Source of the DNA: Candidatus Babeliales bacterium
GTDB lineage: Bacteria > Babelota > Babeliae > Babelales > JANWKD01
DNA length: 64,000 nucleotides
NCBI GenBank assembly: GCA_963762115.1
Contig: CAVXJH010000003.1
Span: forward strand, 448,001 to 512,000
Reading direction: 5' to 3'
Shown here: positions 60,601 through 64,000 of the stretch, piece after piece
How positions within the stretch are numbered: the first letter of the stretch is position 1
Layout of the letters: each line of letters starts with the position of its first letter
Translations under genes and position numbers: made by a program
Notes under the pieces: model-generated
Told to the model about the DNA's origin: nothing
What the model saw: only the letters and a program-made list of their open reading frames with translations
Databases searched by the model: none

Positions 60601-60781
60601 TGTCATTGCGAGGCACATTGTGCCGTGGCAACCCAGATTATAATGTTTTAATAAATAAGAGTTCATAAAAAAAACTAAAAAATTATTAGATGAACAAATC
60701 TTTTTTAATTAAATTATAAGGGAAAATGATAGAATTTTATAGGCTGGGTTGCCACGGCAACAATGTTGCCTCGCAATGACA
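60601..60781. mobile_element. Palindromic MITE/REPIN-like element, copy 2, inverted relative to copy 1
   Basis: Same TGTCATTGCGAGGCACATTGTGCCGTGGCAACCCAG arms; the core resembles the reverse complement of the copy 1 core. Confidence 0.85.
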
Positions 60782-60843
60782 TTCCTAGTTATTTTATTCA
60801 TCATAAACTCGTTTTGTTTATCAAGCATAGTAACTTTGGCCAA

Positions 60844-61629
60844 CTAATATTGGCCCAATTTGCCACGTTTTTTTGCAATTTTTTCACAATACATAAAAAG
60901 CAAAAGACCGCCCATAAAATATAATCCAGAATTCATTAACAATGAAAACAATTGACCATTTTTTACCAACATCGTTAATGACTTTGATTCAAACAATACT
61001 GCACGCAAGACAATGATGCCTTCTGCTGTTGGTAACGTGTGAGCAATTTTCTGAATCCAAACAGGCAACTGTTCAATAGGAAGCATTGAACCACTCAAAT
61101 AAAACAAAAGATTATCAATAAGATCAATTAACCCAGCCACATTTTTATACAGTAAAGCCATACCTGCTATACACAAGCCAAAACCGATAAGGCCAACAAG
61201 AATAATAAGCAAAACAGGAATTGCAGCAATATGTAAGGGAATATGGATAGAACATACGTACATAATAATAACACTCATTGCCGCAATCATCATTGTTGAA
61301 GAAACAATTGTTGAAATGCTTGCCCCTATAAAAATTAATGCCGGATGAACGGGGCTCATATACATTTGCTCAAGAGTCCCACTCCGCCCTTCAAGCGTTA
61401 AAATAAGACTTACTTTTAAAATATAGGATGAATATACCCAAACAATATAACCAATTAAAGACGGGCCAAATTCTTCAAGATTAGTATTACCATAATTCAT
61501 GAGTAATGCCGTTCCCAAAAAATAAATGCCCAAGGTAATGAGTTCACTAATGACATTAAATTTATAATGCCACGTTACCAATAACCCTTTTCGAATCTCA
61601 TTAAGAATAACTAAAAATGCCGTCTTCAT
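60844..61629 (-). CDS. ABC-2 type exporter permease
   Basis: GTLEQMYMSP, LPIEQLPVWIQ, KKRGKLGQY; about six TMs. Confidence 0.88.
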   Translation of the reverse strand: MKTAFLVILNEIRKGLLVTWHYKFNVISELITLGIYFLGTALLMNYGNTNLEEFGPSLIGYIVWVYSSYILKVSLILTLEGRSGTLEQMYMSPVHPALIFIGASISTIVSSTMMIAAMSVIIMYVCSIHIPLHIAAIPVLLIILVGLIGFGLCIAGMALLYKNVAGLIDLIDNLLFYLSGSMLPIEQLPVWIQKIAHTLPTAEGIIVLRAVLFESKSLTMLVKNGQLFSLLMNSGLYFMGGLLLFMYCEKIAKKRGKLGQY

Positions 61630-61633
61630 ACTA

Positions 61634-62575
61634 TTAATTTTGATTCATGAGTAACACAAATACCTCTTCCAAATTATTATTAACCTTTGAAGCTGAAAGT
61701 AACGCCAAACCATTTTCCTTAATTTTTTCAATTAATACATATAATTCTTGAGAACTTGATAACGTACCTGAAAGTATCGTTTTGTTATCCTGTTGATTAA
61801 TGATAAAGTTTGGAAACAAATCGGATTGCGTCTGATTTAATGCTCCATCAAGCTTTATTTGATAACTCGTATGAGAACAAAGATTCAAAAATTCACTCAC
61901 AGGCTTTTGAGCAATTAATTTCCCTTTATTCATGATGCCAACATAATCACACAATTGTTCGGCAATATCGAGTTGATGCGTTGTCAAAACGATAGTTTTT
62001 CCTTCATCGCGAGCAAGCTTGGTAATCCATTTCTTCACCGTTCGCGCTGCTTGCACATCAAGACCCAATGTTGGCTCATCAAAAAGGATAATTGGCGGAT
62101 TAGCAACTAATGCACAAGCAATAGCAACTTTTTGTTGCGTACCACGGGAAAAATCACCAACCAGTTCATAACGACAATCCCATAATTCCAAATCATGCAA
62201 CAACATGGTAGCACGATCATGTAATTCTTGCCCCGAAAACCCTTTCAATCTGCCATAATATAAAAGATTCTCTAACGTGCTGAGTTGCCAATAAATATTA
62301 CGAGCACCTTCTAAAACCACGCCAATTTGCCGCATGGCGTTATGACGATCAGCAGTAATATCATAGCCGTTTAATTTAATAGTTCCTTGTGTTTGGGTAA
62401 TAAGACCGCAAATCAATTTCAACATAGTCGTTTTGCCCGCGCCATTTGGTCCTAAAAAACCAAAAACCTCGCCTGCTTGAATAGACAAATCTATGGAATC
62501 AACTGCCTGAAACTGTTCTTTGTTACCTTGCTCAAAGATCTTGCTTAATTTCTTTAACTCTATGGCAATAGCCAC
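61634..62575 (-). CDS. ABC transporter ATP-binding protein
   Basis: GPNGAGKTT, FSRGTQQK, FDEPTLGLD, TTH. Confidence 0.93.
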   Translation of the reverse strand: MAIAIELKKLSKIFEQGNKEQFQAVDSIDLSIQAGEVFGFLGPNGAGKTTMLKLICGLITQTQGTIKLNGYDITADRHNAMRQIGVVLEGARNIYWQLSTLENLLYYGRLKGFSGQELHDRATMLLHDLELWDCRYELVGDFSRGTQQKVAIACALVANPPIILFDEPTLGLDVQAARTVKKWITKLARDEGKTIVLTTHQLDIAEQLCDYVGIMNKGKLIAQKPVSEFLNLCSHTSYQIKLDGALNQTQSDLFPNFIINQQDNKTILSGTLSSSQELYVLIEKIKENGLALLSASKVNNNLEEVFVLLMNQN

Positions 62576-62872
62576 ATTTCCCCCTACAGGTTAAAAAAAT
62601 GAAAATACTTAAGGCATATAATCATTAAGTATATAACCACCCTTAGTATGCTTTGTTCATGATAGATAAAACAATAGTAATGACATCTGCATTGTAATGA
62701 TTAAGTAAACTACTCTACATAAGCTTTCTAAAAACAAGAATTGGTTAAGAATTTTTAGATATTTATTAATAAAACATTGTCAGAGTATAACAAAAAAAAG
62801 TTTTATCGCTAGCAATACTCTCTTTATTAAACAAAATTTTAAAAATAATGCAAAAAATAATAAAAATAATGC

Positions 62873-63709
62873 TTAATTCACCTGGTTATACGTATCAATT
62901 CTATTATACCAGCCCGGTAACCACCGTGCTTCATTACGCTCAGGCGGTGCATGCTGCACACGAACCGTCAACACCCGTTTGGCGCAACGAGAAAATTCAT
63001 CTAAAGCTTCAGCGCCTATACTCGTTCCTTTCATGCCTTCCAAAACCTGTAAAAGCCCCCAACGATGCCCTGCATATGAACAAGAAGGATCACTCCCTTC
63101 CCCCTTGAAATTAAGATAATCAATGAGCACATACAAACCATTCTTGCTTCGAGCAATTCTATAAAATTGCTGTCTAATATGATTCTTTTGTGTTTCTTTT
63201 TGCACAGAACGTAAAAGCTTTGGCAATGATTTTTCTAATCGCTGTATAACAAAGGCAACCTGAATATCGATAGTTTCCAATAAAAAAGAGCGCAATTTCT
63301 GCATTTTTTCACTCTGCATAGCCGCCATAAATTCAGACCGTGATCGCCAAGGACAGGACCTTTTTTTATCAATAATTCCTTCAGGCAATTTTTTTCCTCG
63401 AGACTCAATAAAATGCAATAATGCTGGAAATGTCTCTCTAAATTTTTGTGTAACTCCCTCAGGGTACCAAATAGCATGGATCGCTCCCATTGAAGCAAAC
63501 TCTTCACCTTCATTCCACCATGTTAATTTTTGGTAATCGCTGCCACATTCATTCCGTAAAATTTTTTGGCCAATTTTTTGAGCTTCTTGCTTTGTTATTT
63601 TTAACTGAGAAAGAGCGCGTCTTTGCGCAGGAACTTTTTTTTTAGAAAGAACCCCATACAATGAAAAATTGCTCAATAACAAGAAAAAAAAGAATAAAAA
63701 AAAAGTCAT
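62873..63709 (-). CDS. Hypothetical exported protein
   Basis: Signal peptide; WNEGEEFASMG..HAIWYP, LIDYLNFKGEG, WGLLQVL, RWLPGW..R motifs look family-like; function unknown. Confidence 0.75.
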   Translation of the reverse strand: MTFFLFFFFLLLSNFSLYGVLSKKKVPAQRRALSQLKITKQEAQKIGQKILRNECGSDYQKLTWWNEGEEFASMGAIHAIWYPEGVTQKFRETFPALLHFIESRGKKLPEGIIDKKRSCPWRSRSEFMAAMQSEKMQKLRSFLLETIDIQVAFVIQRLEKSLPKLLRSVQKETQKNHIRQQFYRIARSKNGLYVLIDYLNFKGEGSDPSCSYAGHRWGLLQVLEGMKGTSIGAEALDEFSRCAKRVLTVRVQHAPPERNEARWLPGWYNRIDTYNQVN

Positions 63710-63779
63710 GCCTTACCTCCGTCATACTTACTTGGAGATTTAAGCATAGCTATTCTTATATCTTGAGGTAAAGATTACC

Positions 63780-64000
63780 TTAAAAAACATCCAAATGCTT
63801 TAATAGTTTTTTTAGTTCTTTTGATCCAGCATAATGAATACAACGCAAATGTTTTTTACCAAGACGCATTGCTGCTTCAATATTGGCATACTCATCATCA
63901 ATATAAATAGTAAATTCAGTGTCCGGATTAATGCCAAACTCTTTAAAAGCCAATTCAAAAATTTGAGGATCTGGTTTAATTAAATATACTTTTCCTGAAA
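63780..64000 (-). CDS. HAD-family hydrolase, 3' end only (start lies beyond the window)
   Basis: Manual translation SGKVYLIKPDPQIF...YIDDEYANIEAA...LDVF-stop. Confidence 0.85.
   Translation of the reverse strand, partial: SGKVYLIKPDPQIFELAFKEFGINPDTEFTIYIDDEYANIEAAMRLGKKHLRCIHYAGSKELKKLLKHLDVF

Noticed and set aside
59148..60781. CRISPR array
   Set aside because: The repeats are inverted pairs, not regularly spaced direct repeats, and no cas genes are in the window.
1162..63513. Numerous 60-130 aa ORFs overlapping long genes (for example 8025-8348, 15516-15914, 33303-33596, 49223-50388)
   Set aside because: They are antisense or off-frame shadows of well-supported genes with no independent motifs.

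Overview
AT-rich bacterial chromosome segment. Gene content suggests a protist-associated intracellular bacterium, most likely Candidatus Dependentiae/Babelota (TM6); this is an inference, not a database result. The backbone is housekeeping: sufCB, a split pilB, hup, tRNA-Leu and tRNA-Cys, two tandem lepB, batA-E, plsC, topA, metG, potABCD, an Omp85-family gene, gltX, rpsU, rbfA, pilD and a pilin, a folC-like gene, and atpI-atpB-atpE. It is interspersed with many signal-peptide-bearing orphan genes, an MNT-HEPN toxin-antitoxin pair, an IS200-type element and palindromic repeats. The most interesting observations are: (1) an unannotated, highly structured element of about 320-365 nt between the convergent pilD and pilin genes; (2) a cysteine-rich envelope locus of one 1369-aa secreted protein plus two mosaic beta-barrel paralogs, one frameshifted in a T6 tract; (3) five unrelated exported proteins whose predicted mature N-terminus starts with Met-(E/D/Q/H), in a window with duplicated signal peptidases; (4) homopolymer frameshifts in an M23 peptidase (A11) and in batC (A_AAA_AAG); (5) a four-hairpin ATP synthase c subunit with E/Q/E/D sites; (6) a secreted five-finger C2H2 protein; (7) a degenerate FolC with an AT-hook-like insert; (8) an inverted pair of palindromic MITE-like elements flanking a glycosyltransferase.
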